A stretch of DNA of 64,000 bases from Eledone cirrhosa (Eukaryota): the NCBI GenBank assembly GCA_964016885.1, contig OZ024756.1:4960001-5024000 (forward strand), read 5' to 3'. The notes under the pieces are model-generated. The model saw only the letters and a list, made by a program, of their open reading frames with translations. It had not been told where the DNA came from and made no database searches. Of the stretch, positions 37,025-50,485 are shown one piece after another. Numbering within the stretch: position 1 is the stretch's first letter; each line of letters opens with the position of its first letter. The position numbers and the translations under genes were made by a program.

Positions 37025-39859
37025 TATGAGGTGTGTCGAAAATGTATCCGACTTTATTTTATTCCTGTGGGAAGTAATGACGTTAGTGATATATGTTCTT
37101 TGGAAAGTAAAGCCTCATACGTTCATGTGGGTGTTTTTTTTTTTTTTTGGTGAGCTCGCTGGATGCGACCGTCCTTGTCAGGCAACCAGTGGGTGAGGTA
37201 CTGTACTATTTATTCATTACATTTACATTTCGGCCGCGATAACGGAACGTATAGATCACCGATCTCTCGGGATATCTGGAGACGAGATGTATGTGTACGG
37301 TTAAGACCCAGGTACCAAAGCTCAGCCGTCACAATGGAAGTATACAGCATCACCAAGACCCCTAAATCACATCAGGTGTGAGAGAAATCAAGGTGATGCT
37401 GAGCAATTTTTTTTTCGACTACTGAGGCGTTGTGCATCCTTAATACACAGCGGAAGGATAAACAGTTACGGCGGCGTACTACCAAGAAAATAATCCGACT
37501 TCGTGAAGTAGTTCGGTACAAGAGACCAGGCCTGTGTGGCTCACAAGACTGGTAGTGGTACTATGACAACATCCTGGGTCATTCGTTGAAGTTGATCCAC
37601 TGGTAGTTGTATTATGACAACACCCTGGCTCATTCGTTGAAGTTGATCCACTGGTAGTTGTATTATGACAACACCCTGGCTCATTCGTTGAAGTTGATCC
37701 ACTGGTAGTTGTATTATGACAACACCCTGGCTCATTCGTTGCAACTGATCCACTGATAGTTGTATTATGACAACACCCTGGCTCATTCGTTGAAGTTGAT
37801 CCACTGATAGTTGTATTATGACAACACCCTGGCTCATTCGTTGAAGTTGATCCACTGGTAGTTGTATTATGACAACACCCTGGCTCATTCGTTGCAACTG
37901 ATCCACTGATAGTTGTATTATGACAACACCCTGGCTCATTCGTTGAAGTTGATCCACTGATAGTTGTATTATGACAACACCCTGGCTCATTCGTTGAAGT
38001 TGATCCACTGGTAGTTGTATTATGACAACACCCTGGCTCATTCGTTGAAGTTGATCCACTGATAGTTGTATTATGACAACACCCTGGCTCATTCGTTGAA
38101 GTTGATCCACTGGTAGTTGTATTATGACAACACCCTGGCTCATTCGTTGAAGTTGATCCACTGGTAGTTGTATTATGACAACACCCTGGCTCATTCGTTG
38201 AAGTTGATCCACTGGTAGTTGTATTATGACAACACCCTGGCTCATTCGTTGAAGTTGATCCACTGGTAGTTGTATTATGACAACACCCTGGCTCATTCGT
38301 TGCAACTGATCCACTGATAGTTGTATTATGACAACACCCTGGCTCATTCGTTGCAACTGATCCACTGATAGTTGTATTAACAACACCCTGGCTCATTCGT
38401 TGAAGTTGATCCACTGGTAGTTGTATTATGACAACACCCTGGCTCATTCGTTGAAGTTGATCCACTGGTAGTTGTATTAACAACACCCTGGCTCATTCGT
38501 TGAAGTTGATCCACTGGTAGTTGTATTATGACAACACCCTGGCTCATTCGTTGCAACTGATCCACTGATAGTTGTATTATGACAACACCCTGGCTCATTC
38601 GTTGCAACTGATCCACTGATAGTTGTATTAACAACACCCTGGCTCATTCGTTGAAGTTGATCCACTGGTAGTTGTATTATGACAACACCCTGGCTCATTC
38701 GTTGCAACTGATCCACTGATAGTTGTATTAACAACACCCTGGCTCATTCGTTGAAGTTGATCCACTGGTAGTTGTATTATGACAACACCCTGGCTCATTC
38801 GTTGCAACTGATCCACTGATAGTTGTATTGACAACACCCTGGCTCATTCGTTGAAGTTGATCCACTGGTAGTTGTATTATGACAACACCCTGGCTCATTC
38901 GTTGCAACTGATCCACTGATAGTTGTATTAACAACACCCTGGCTCATTCGTTGAAGTTGATCCACTGGTAGTTGTATTATGACAACACCCTGGCTCATTC
39001 GTTGAAGTTGATCCACTGGTAGTTGTATTATGACAACACCCTGGCTCATTCGTTGAAGTTGATCCACTGGTAGTTGTATTATGACAACACCCTGGCTCAT
39101 TCGTTGAAGTTGATCCACTGGTAGTTGTATTATGACAACACCCTGGCTCATTCGTTGCAACTGATCCACTGGTAGTTGTACTATGACAACACCCTGGCTC
39201 ATTCGTTGAAGTTGATCCACTGGTAGTTGTATTATGACAACACCCTGGCTCATTCGTTGAACCTGATCCACTGGTAGTTGTACTATGACAACACCCCGGC
39301 TCATTCGTTGCAACTGATCCACTGATAGTTGTATTATGACAACACCCTGGCTCATTCGTTGAACCTCATCCACTGGTAGTTGTACTATGACAACACCCTG
39401 GCTCATTCGTTGAACCTCATCCACTGGTAGTTGGATTATGACAACACCCCGGCTCATTCATTGCAGCTGATCCAAGGGGTTTTTGGTGCAAAGAAAGTTT
39501 CATTCATCAGGCTCCCTGACACCCGAGATGCAGCTTCATCTGACTTCTGATTCTTCCCCATAATGAAGAAGTCCCTGAAAGACTCTCGCTTTGAGAGCCG
39601 AGAGGACATCGTGCGGACTGCAATGTCATAGATGAGAGCCATTATGGAAGAAACATTTCAAACGTGATTCGAGCGGTCGTGGTTCGATCTCTGGTGGAAG
39701 TGTACAGAAGCATAAGGAGCCTACTTCGAAAGGGAGTAAACAACTGAAACCCGACCTCATCTCGTACCACTCCCTCCACCACTACTCACCCAGTACAAAG
39801 CCCTCCACCCGTGCCCGCCCCCAAGCATAAGGTCGGATATATTTACGACAGCCCTGTTA
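37025..39859 (+). mobile_element. Decayed mariner (DD34D-type) DNA transposon with an internal minisatellite
   Basis: Degenerate TIRs: TATGAGGTGTGTCGAAAATGTATCCGAC (37025-37052) and GTCGGATATATTTACGACAGCCCTGTTA (39832-39859). Pseudo-translation gives ISGDEMYVYG*DPGTKAQPSQWK, IKVMLSNFFFDY*GVVH, RLREVVRYKRPGL, DNTPAHS, DF*FFPIMKKSLK and WKCTEA*GAYFE. The N-terminal HTH region is deleted. Confidence 0.9.
37547..39474. repeat. 51-bp minisatellite, about 38 copies, inside the mariner transposase
   Basis: Unit TGGTAGTTGTATTATGACAACACCCTGGCTCATTCGTTGAAGTTGATCCAC. Some 49-bp variants give a 100-bp dimer period at 38.4-38.9 kb. Confidence 0.98.
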
Positions 39860-39997
39860 TGTTTTGTCCGCTCTGAAACAGCGAGTGCAGCGAAGGTATG
39901 CAATTATGGCAGCCACTTTCAGGCAATCATTTCATGCTCAGTCAACCAGATCATCTAAAATCTATCGCTTCTTATTGATTTTTATGACGTTTAGGAA

Positions 39998-40078
<81 letters not shown>

Positions 40079-40179
40079 AGAAAAGACAGATGGTAAAAAA
40101 ATTCTGATGCATTTTGTTTTTGTTCTTGTTTCCTTTATTGTTGTTGTTTGTTCTGAACTGGAAGTAAAAAGTCTAAGAC

Positions 40180-42148
40180 ATTGGTGGTGCTGGGGAGTGG
40201 GGTGGTGGTAGTGGTGAGTGGGGTGGTGCTGGTGAGTGGGGTGGCGGTGGTAGTGGTGAGTGGGGTGGTGGTGCTGGTGAGTGGGGTGGTGGTGGTGGTG
40301 AGTGGGGTGGTGCTGGTAAGTGGGGTGGCGGTGGTAGTGGGGTGGTGGTGCTGGTGAGTGGGGTGGTGGTGGTGGTGGTGGTGAGTGGGGTGGCGGTGGT
40401 AGTGGTGAGTGGGGTGTTGCTGGTGGTGGTGAGTGGGGTGGTGGTGGTGCTGGTGAGTGGGGTGGTGGTTCTGGTGAGTGGGGGTGTTGCTGGGGTGGTG
40501 AGTGTGGTGGTGTTTCTGGTGGAGGTGGGGTGGCGTTGGTTTTGGTGCTGTTGTTGGTAGTTCTGGTAATAGTAGTGGTGTTGATGTTGGTATGAAGTAG
40601 TGGTGTTGATGGTGGTGATGGTGATGGTGGTATGTAGTGGTGGTGATGGTGGTATGTAGTGGCGGTGAGGGTGGTGTTGATGGTATGTAGTAGAGGTTGT
40701 ACTGGTGGTGGTATGTAGTGGTGATGATGGTATGTAGTAGCGGTTGTAAGGGTGGTGGTGATGGTGGTTGTACTGGTGGTGGTATGTAGTGGTGGTTGTG
40801 GTGATGATGATGGTATGTAGTGGTGGTTGTGGTGATGGTGATGATGGTATGTAGTGGCGGTGGTGATGGTGGTGGTATGTAGTGGTGGTTGTGGTGGTAT
40901 GTAGTGGTGGTTGTGGTGGTATGTAGTGGTGGTTGTGGTGATGGTGATGATGGTATGTAGTAGTGGTTGTACTGGTGGTAGTGATGGTGGTATGCAGTAG
41001 TGGTATGCAGTAGTGGTTGTAATGGTGGTAGTGATGGTGGTATGCAGTAGTGGTATGCAGTAGTGGTTGTAATGGTGGTAGTGATGGTGGTGGTATGTAG
41101 TGGTGGTTGTGGTGATGGTGGTGATGGTATGTAGTAGTGGTTGTACTGGTGGTAGTGATGGTATGTAGTAGTGGTTGTACTGGTGGTAGTGATGGTAGTT
41201 GTAATGGTGGTGGTGATGGTGGTGGTATGCAGTGGTGGTTGTGGTGATGGTGGTGATGGTGGTGGTATGCAGTGGTGGTTGTGGTGATGGTGGTGATGGT
41301 ATGTAGTAGTGGTTGTACTGGTGGTAGTGATGGTAGTTGTAATGGTGGTGGTGATGGTGGTGGTATGCAGTGGTGGTTGTGGTGATGGTGGTGATGGTGG
41401 TGGTATGTAGCAGTGTTTGTACTGGTGGTAGTGATGGTAGTATGCAGTAGTGGTTGTAATGGTGGTGGTGATGGTGGTGGTATGTAGTGGTGGTTGTGGT
41501 GATGGTGGTGATGGTATGTAGTAGTGGTTGTACTGGTTGTAGTGATGATGGTTGTAATGGTGGTGGTGATGGTGGTGGTATGTAGTGGTGGTTGTGGTGA
41601 TGGTGGTGATGGTATGTAGTAGTGGTTGTACTGGTGGTAGTGATGATGGTTGTAATGGTGGTGGTGATGGTATGTAGTGGTGGTTGTGGTGATAGTGGTG
41701 ATGGTATGTAGTAGTGGTTGTAATGGTGGTGGTGATGGTGTGTAGCAGTGGTTGTACTGGTGGTAGTGATGGTGGTGATATGTAGTGGTGGTTGTGGTGA
41801 TGGTGGTGATGGTGTGTAGCAGTGGTTGTACTGGTGGTAGTGATGGTGGTGGTATGTAGTGGTGGTTGTGGTGATGGTGGTGATGGTGTGTAGCAGTGGT
41901 TGTACTGGTGGTAGTGATGGTGGTGGTATGTAGTGGTGGTTGTGGTGATGATGGTGATGGTATGTAGTGGTGGTTGACGTGGTGGTGGTGGTGGTATGTA
42001 GTGGTGGTTGTGGTGATGATGGTATGTAGTGGTGGTTGTGGTGATGGTGGTGATGGTATGTAGTGGTGGTTGACGTGGTGGTGGTGGTGGTATGTAGTAG
42101 TGGTTGTACTGGTGGTGGTGATGGTGGTGGTATGTAGTAATGGTTGTG
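40180..42148. repeat. GGT/TAG/GAT-rich cryptic trinucleotide repeat
   Basis: Degenerate modules such as GGTATGTAGTGGTGGTTGT and GGTGAGTGGG. Confidence 0.9.
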
Positions 42149-42444
42149 AAGTGTATTGTCATATCGACTGCTGCCAAATTTGCTATTACCTTCCTCCAGT
42201 AATCCCCCCTCAACATTTTCTGTACACACACACACACACACACACACACCTCACATACACACACTTCACACGCACACCTCTCTCTCTTTCTTTTTCTCTC
42301 TCTCTCTCTGTCTGTATATATCTATGTATATCTTAGCACACACACATGTATGTATATGTATGCATGTATATGTGTATACATTCCTGACAGGTGGATTTCT
42401 TTCGGATACAGTTTAAAATGTTTGTGTACATGTGCGATTGTGTG

Positions 42445-42498
<54 letters not shown>

Positions 42499-42658
42499 CG
42501 TGTGTGTGAGCATGTGTGTCTGTGTGTGCACCTACAGCAATCCAGATGTGATGATTAGACAAATATCCTAATTCATATTTGATTAGAAACTGCAAAGGGA
42601 CGGAATATCTTCTGGTTTTTGAGATATGAGAAAGTCTGACCTTTATGATTTACAGATA

Positions 42659-43710
42659 AATATTAGCAACATAAGCTAGGCTCAAGAGGGAACCAGTAGG
42701 TTAGATACTAGGTTTGTATTGTACAGTCATACGTAGACACTTCTACACTTGTAATATTAGCAACATAAGCTAGGCTCAAGGGGGAACCAGTAGGTTAGAT
42801 ACTAGGTTTGTATTTTACAGTCATACTTAGACACTTCCACACTTGTAATATTAGCAACATAAGCTAGGCTCAAGGAGGAACCAGTAGGTTAGATACTAGG
42901 TTTGTATTGTACAGTCATACGTAGACACTTCTACACTTGTAATATTAGCAACATAAGCTAGGCTCAAGGAGGAACCAGTAGGTTAGAAACTAGGTTTATA
43001 TTTTACAGTCATACTTAGACATTTCTACACTTGTAATATTAGCAACATAAGCTAGACTCAAGGGGGAACCAGTAGGTTAGAAACTAGGTTTATATTTTAC
43101 AGTCATACTTAGACATTTCTACACTTGTAATATTAGCAACATAAGCTAGACTCAAGGGGGAACCAGTAGGTTAGAAACTAGGTTTATATTTTACAGTCAT
43201 ACTTAGACACTTCTACACTTGTAATATTAGCAACATAAGCTAGGCTCAAGGGGGAACCAGTAGGTTAGAAACTAGGTTTATATTTTACAGTCATACTTAG
43301 ACATTTCTACACTTGTAATATTAGCAACATAAGCTAGACTCAAGGGGGAACCAGTAGGTTAGAAACTAGGTTTATATTTTACAGTCATACTTAGACATTT
43401 CTACACTTGTAATATTAGCAACATAAGCTAGACTCAAGGGGGAACCAGTAGGTTAGATACTAGGTTTGTATTTTACAGTCATACTTAGACACTTCTACAC
43501 TTGTAATATTAGCAACATAAGCTAGGCTCAAGGGGGAACCAGCAGGTTAGATACGAGGTTTATATTTTACAGTCATACTTAGACACTTCTACACTTGTAA
43601 TATTAGCAACATAAGCTAGGCTCAAGGGGGAACCAGTAGGTTAGATACTAGGTTTGTATTGTACAGTCATACTTAGATACTTAGACATACTTCATACTTC
43701 TACACTTGCA
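42659..43710. repeat. 94-bp tandem repeat, about 11 copies
   Basis: Unit begins AATATTAGCAACATAAGCTAGGCTCAAGGGGGAACCAGTAGG, with starts at 42753 and 42847. Confidence 0.97.
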
Positions 43711-43855
43711 ATTGTAACATTGATAAAATACATTTATTTACTTGGTTTATGTTGTCGAGATATAGTCAAACTAGATAGATGGATGAATGGATAGGTAGGC
43801 AGGCTCATAGATAGATGGATAGATAGATAGATGGATAGATAGGTGGATAGATATA

Positions 43856-44940
43856 TTTCTTTATTTGCCACAAGGGCGCACAAGTAAAGGGGGACAAAAC
43901 AAAGACACATGCCGGGGATTTTACATACAATCGTGTATAAATATTGAAACAAACAAATTAAACAATCGAAATCCCAAATAGGGGAAGGCGCCACAAATGA
44001 CTTGTTTAATACCCCGTAGATAGAACAACCCTCAACTTCAGGAGCGTGTTGTGCAAGTGCTCCTTTCTTCCTTTTGCTCTCTTCTTCAACCTACAGGTTT
44101 ATATATAGAGAAGGCCCAATCACTCGGGCCATTTTTGCTACATTCAAACACCTTTTCAGTAAATTTACTGGGGTGCAGTGCCTCTATCTCCACTCTGATT
44201 CTCCTTCTAAAGTGGTACCTAAAGAAGGGAATGAGTTGTTGTCCGGAGATAAAGGCATCTGTCCTCAGTCCTCTCAATCTCGTCCACCATATAACCTCTT
44301 TCACCATAGCCACTATACAGAGGAAAACCGCCTCTCTTTCGTTTTTGAAAGTAGTTGGCGGTTTGATCCTTACTATGGACTCGGCAGTCAACTGGATTTG
44401 CCCCATACGTGACAGCAGTTGTTCTGTGTAGCTCCATAGGTCAGTTACGCCCGGGCAGTGTACAATTGCGTGCAAGACAGTTTCAATGTCCCACCCGCAT
44501 CTTGTACACGTCCTCTTGGAAGGATCCCTGCCGAGGCGTCCGTGCCTGTAGATCTTGTCACGAATGGTAGAGCTCCTCGGGAACACTGCCAGGCCAGGGA
44601 CCTTAGGAAGTTGTCCATAGGTCCCGGGCGGAAAGTCCTACCGAACAGACTGGTGAGTCCGTCGCCCTCGACGCCCAGAGTCTCTCCGAGCACGTCGTCG
44701 CCCTCGACGCCCAGAGTCTCTCCGAGCAGGTCGTCGCCCTCGTGGCGTACTAACCCTCTATAGAATGTCGAAGTGGAGTCTCTACTGATTGCTGTGCCCG
44801 CTTGACAGAGGACTGTGAGCGCTTGAGGGCATTCAATGTGCCAGGCGCACATCTTCTTCGGTCTCCGCTTGATCCAGGACTCCAGCTCCGTCAGCGAGAC
44901 AAGTTGCGGGCAGGCCTGTCTCACAAACGGTGCCCACACC
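43856..44940 (-). pseudogene. 5'-truncated L1/Tx1-like LINE: ORF2 C-terminus with zinc-binding region, plus 3' UTR
   Basis: NFLRSLAWQCSRGALP/(frameshift)RDKIYRHG..CTRCGWDIETVLHAIVHC..LW is a zf-RVT-like CxxC-H-C. AATAAA lies at the 3' end, and GATA/GGAT repeats flank both sides. There is an internal 33-bp duplication near 44660-44740. Confidence 0.82.
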
Positions 44941-45609
44941 GGGATAGATGGGTGGATGGCTAGATAGAGCTGACTATACAATACATGCTCTATCACTTAA
45001 CACAGTATAGAATAACAGTGTGAAGGTATGTGGTGGAGTGGTGGGGGTATTTGTCACACAATCCTAAGTGCGGGTGTTCAATTCCCAGTAGCTTATTATG
45101 TTCGGGAAGAAGACATTTTATTTCATCACGCTTCAGTCTCCTCAGGTGGCAAAAAAAAGGTGAGCTGTACCTGTTAATTAAAAGGTCAGCCTTGTCACAC
45201 TCTGTGTCATGCTGAATCTGCCTGAGAACCACGTTAAGGGTACACGTGTCTGTGGAATGATCAACTAACTGCCCGTTAATTTCACGAGGAGGCTGGTTCA
45301 AGTTGACAGTATTAACTTGAACACTGGTCGTCGGAACCGCTGCTGGTTTGTTGTTGTTGTTGTTGGTGGCGGTGGCGGCGGCGGTGGTGGCGGTGGCGGC
45401 GGCGGTGGTGGTGGTTAAAATAGCCTTTCAGAATCAGTGTTCCTCATCCTTTTCCCTACACACATACACATTATTTGTGTGTGTGTGTGTGTGGTCGTTT
45501 TGATGCACGCTTGTGTGTGCATTTACATACATACAAACACACACACACAAACACACACACGTACATAGATACCTCCACACATCCACCCACACTCATAGAT
45601 ATATACATT

Positions 45610-45650
<41 letters not shown>

Positions 45651-46169
45651 TTATATCCATAAATGTCTCTCTGTGGCTGTATATGTATGTTTCTGTGTAT
45701 ATATTTATCTGTGAATGTGTGTGTATGTGTGTATGTATGGGACTTGGTAAACGTGAAATAACCACAATAGTAGTAGTAGTAGTAGCAGCAGCAGCAGCAG
45801 TAGTAGCAGTAATAGTAGTAGCAGTAGCAGTACTGTGTATATAGATAGGTATAGCTGCAGGCATCAATTAGCGGGACTGTACGGAGTTTCAACAGGACTA
45901 TAGCCCCAGGGTACATAGATTTTCTATGAGAAGGAAGGAAGGAAGGAAGGATAGAAGGAAGGGTAAAGGTGTGGGGAAGGGGGTGTAGACATTCCACATG
46001 AAATAAATAGTTTATTTATTTTATTTTAGTTTATAAAGGGAAAAAGTAAAATAGTTTTCACGTAACATAACACTGCAAGCTACAGAATGTGGAAATAAGA
46101 AAAACTCTTCCACCCCATACTTCAGGCCACTCTCCCCCGCTTGCAGTTTTCTTGCCATTAGTGGTCGCC

Positions 46170-47879
46170 ATTGTGTATGTATGTATTTAGATGTAGATAT
46201 ATGTATGTATGTTTGTATGTATGAAGATATATATATATGTTTGTATCTATGTATGTATCTAGATATGTAGATATATGTATGTATGTTTGTATGTATGAAG
46301 ATATATGTATGTATGTTTGTATGTATGTAGATATATGTATGTATGTTTGTGTGTATGTAGATATATGTACGTTTGTATGTATGTATCTAGATATGTAGAT
46401 ATATGTATGTATGTAGATATATGTATGTATGTTTGTCTGTATGTATGTATGTAGATATATATATATGTATGTTTGTATGTATATATATGTATGTATGTTT
46501 GTATGTATGTATGTATCTAGATATGTAGATATATGTATGTATGTTTGTATGTATGAAGATATATGTATGTATGTTTGTGTGTATGTAGATATATGTATGT
46601 ATGTTTGTATGTATGTAGATATATGTATGTATGTTTGTGTGTATGTAGATATATGTACGTTTGTATGTATGTATCTAGATATGTAGATATATGTATGTAT
46701 GTAGATATATGTATGTATGTTTGTCTGTATGTATGTATGTAGATATATATATATGTATGTTTGTATGTAGATATATGTATGTATGTTTGTATGTATGAAG
46801 ATATATGTATGTATGTTTGTGTGTATGTAGATATATGTACGTTTGTATGTAAGTATCTAGATATGTAGATATATGTATGTATGTATGTATGTAGATATAT
46901 GTACGTTTGTATGTGTGTAGATATATGTATGTTTGTAATTATGTAGATATATGTATGTATGTTTGTGTGTATGTAGATATATGTATGTATGTTTGTGTGT
47001 ATGTAGATATATGTATGTATGTTTGTGTGTATGTAGATATATGTACGTTTGTATGTATCTAGATATGTAGATATATGTACGGTTGTATGTGTGTAGATAT
47101 ATATATATGTATGTTTGTATGTAGATATATGTATGTATGTTTGTATGTAGATATATGTATATTTGTATGTAAAGTGTTTGTATGTAGATATGTGTTTGTA
47201 TGTATGTAGATATATGTATGTAGATATATGTATGTATGTTTGTATGTATGTAAATAAATGTATGTATGTATCCAGATGTATGTATGTATCTAGATGTATG
47301 TATATATGTTTGTATGTATGTAGATATATGTATGCATGTATCTAGATGTATGTATGTATGTATCTAGATGTATCTAGATATGTATATATGTATGCATGTT
47401 TGTAAATGTATATGTATGCATGTTTGTATATGCACATAAAATATACATGTATATTTTGTGTGTAAGTATGAATATGTATGCATGTATGTGTGTATGTTTG
47501 TATGTATGTATGTATGTATGTATGTATGTATGTATGTTTGTATATGTATATCCGCATAAATATAAATGTATATTTTGTGTGTATGAATATGTATGCATGT
47601 ATGTAGATATATGTATGTATGTTTGTATATGCACATATAAATGTAGATTTCATGTGTATGAAAATGTATGCATGTATGTGTATATGTATGTATCAGATTG
47701 TATGTATGTATGAATATATATGTATATCTGTATGTATATATATATATATTTAATAATCATTGTATATATTCATGGAGAGATTATGTGCACATTTTACACT
47801 ACAAGTGTATGTATATTTATATATATATATATATGTGTGTATGCATATGGGTGCATATATACACCTACAAGTATGTGTG

Positions 47880-47930
<51 letters not shown>

Positions 47931-48515
47931 GTATATACATACATACATATATATTTATATATGTGTATATACATGGACACGACTCGTACTTGCTTATTAA
48001 TTTAATTATACGTTGTTATATTTTGAATGTATTTTAATGCATTTATGTATGTATGTACGTACGTATGTATGTACGTATGTATGTGTATGTGTTTATATGT
48101 ATGTTTGTATGTATATGTATTCTATGTATGTATGTATGTACGTAAGTATGTAGGTATGTATGTACGTACGTACGTATGTGTTTATATGTATGTATGTATT
48201 CATGTATGCACTGAGTGTGTATATTGGAAAGTATGTATGTCGTTATGTATGTAGTATATATCGATGTACGTATGCGTTTATGCATTCATGTATGTATGTA
48301 TCTATGTGTGAATGTATATATATATATGTATATATATGCATGCATATATGTATCCTATGTATATATATGTATATATATATATGTATATATATACATATAT
48401 GTATATATATATATATGCACGCCTATATGTATTCTCTGAATTCTGTGTATGTATGTATGCAGGTCTGTATGTATTCTCTGTATGTAGCTATGTAGATATG
48501 TATGTATGTTTATGT
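46170..48515. repeat. (TATG)n/(TA)n compound microsatellite field
   Basis: Direct inspection. Confidence 0.92.
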
Positions 48516-48516
48516 C

Positions 48517-49116
48517 AGGTCACCAGTTGGTGCTACTGGTAACATGTATCCCAGTACAACCTGTCTCATGGTCGGGTCGTTGGCGACTAAACTGGCAACC
48601 CCACCAAGGTTTCTTGGTGAGGAGGGTGACTTTGGACATCCTGCAGGACTAAAAACAAAACCTGTCAAAGGGCAAAGGAGCTTTTAAGAGTCAATGGCCA
48701 TCCAAAATCACCAAGAGAGATGACCCCTTAGCCTTTGTTAAGGCAGAATTCTAGGAGAAGGAAAACTCTGATATAACACCTGCAACCCTGATGGTATCCA
48801 ATGATGTTGACTTGTTCTTCTTTTTGGTAAATATCATCCTGGTTAAGAGAGTGGGACTGGCTTTGTGCAGTGCCTTTGCTATAAAACTTCACGGCACAGG
48901 CATTGCTTTATATCTGGAGATCTCTCTGCACTTGTCGTCACATGGTACCATGGGCCCCGCACTATGTGTCAATAATTGTCACAAGTGTAGTGTTTGTACC
49001 AGAGTTTTCAAGTCGCTGGCTGGACTAAAAAGTCACACTCGTTCAGCGCATCAGTAGGGGTTCTTCTACATGGATATAAAGTAGTGGCCGTACTCGAAAA
49101 CGAGTTGGCAGCCACC
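48517..49116 (+). mobile_element. Probable internally deleted RTE-like element
   Basis: A terminal C2H2 finger CSVCTRVFKSLAGLKSHTRSAH* resembles RTE/BovB-type C-termini. CTAGGAGAAGGAAAACTCTGA resembles RTE 5' UTRs (from recall). Similar ATGTATGTATGT(A)TTTATGT flanks lie on both sides. Confidence 0.5.
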
Positions 49117-49426
49117 ATGTATGTATGTATTTATGTATTCTGTGTATGTATGCATGCAGGTATGTATGTATTCTCTGTATGTAGCTGTGCATGTCTCCGC
49201 TATTAGTTTTCCATTCCAATCAAGAAGATCCTACAACGGATCCATCAAATATAGGAAGAACTAGAACTACATTGACAGCTTGTCATTAAATCGACGGAAT
49301 CGAATGGAACTAATTTTGCATAATCATATGCATCCTATATACATACATATATTCACGTACGTACATATATGCATACATACGTGTACGTACGTGCGTACAT
49401 ATATACGCGTACGTACGTACGTACAT

Positions 49427-49930
49427 AGCTGCCCAGCAGATGCCAATATAATATCAAAGATTAGTGAAAAGGAGAATATTTATGCAGAACTGATGAGAAA
49501 TCTGCAGATACTCCACCCTGATTACACCTTCAGATTTATGCCTGCGATTATTGGGGCACTGGGGTATGTTAGTAACTGCCTCAATACAAATCTTGAGAAG
49601 CTAGGCTTCACAGGAACAGGAAGAACACACCTAGTTAGGAAATTACAAGTACAATCCATTAATGGAACAGTAAAAATATGTAAAACATTCCAAAAACTTT
49701 GCATCTAATAACTGTATATACACATGTACAGATACAAAGCATATACACATGCACACGTACAACTCAAAATATACACATCCACACATACAATAACATCCAT
49801 ATTTACACATACATACATAATCTACCTAGTTTATGTTGTGTAAATTCCAATGAGAGAGTCTTGTATCTATGTTAGAAACCGACTCTCTCCCTCTATTGGT
49901 AAAAATTTGTGAAATTATAAAACCAGAAGA
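49427..49930 (+). pseudogene. 3' fragment of an R4/Dong-like non-LTR retrotransposon (restriction-like endonuclease C-terminus plus 3' UTR)
   Basis: CPADANIISKISEKENIYAEL..MPAIIGALG..LEKLG..KLQ..GTVKICKTF* fits the RLE tail pattern. The 3' end runs into (CATA)n. Confidence 0.72.
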
Positions 49931-50485
49931 ACATACATACATATACATACATGTACGTACGTACTTAGATACATATATATACGTGTACGTACGTGCGTAT
50001 ATACATACGTACATACATGTACGTACATACATACATATACATACATACATGTACGTACGTACTTAGATACATATATGTACGTACGTGCGTACATATATGC
50101 ATACGTGTACGCACATGCGTTAATACAGGCATACATGCAAACATACGTACGTACGTACATGCATATATATACACACATACTTACATACATATACGTACAA
50201 GCACGCGTACATTCTTTCACACACACACATATATATTATATATGCACATACATACATGCATACACACGTAAGTACGTACAAATATACATACAAACATACA
50301 TGCACGAATACATACATACTTACAAACACTCGTGCATATATATATATATACACAAACACATACATACGTACATTGATACATATGTACATACATACATGCT
50401 TACATACATACGTACGTACATACATACGTACATACATACATTCATACTTACATATGTACACATAAGTACATACATACGTACAAAC
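49931..50485. repeat. (CATA)/(CGTA) compound microsatellite
   Basis: Direct inspection. Confidence 0.9.

Noticed and set aside
37479-39457. Minus-strand 17-aa repeat ORFs (NEPGCCHNTTTSG.. / QLPVDQLQRMSQG..)
   Set aside because: These are antisense frames of the transposase-derived 51-bp minisatellite.
39962-42264. 761-aa and 709-aa His/Thr/Pro ORFs
   Set aside because: Overlapping frames are open only because ACC/CAT repeats lack stops. They start in (GT)n and contain no domain.
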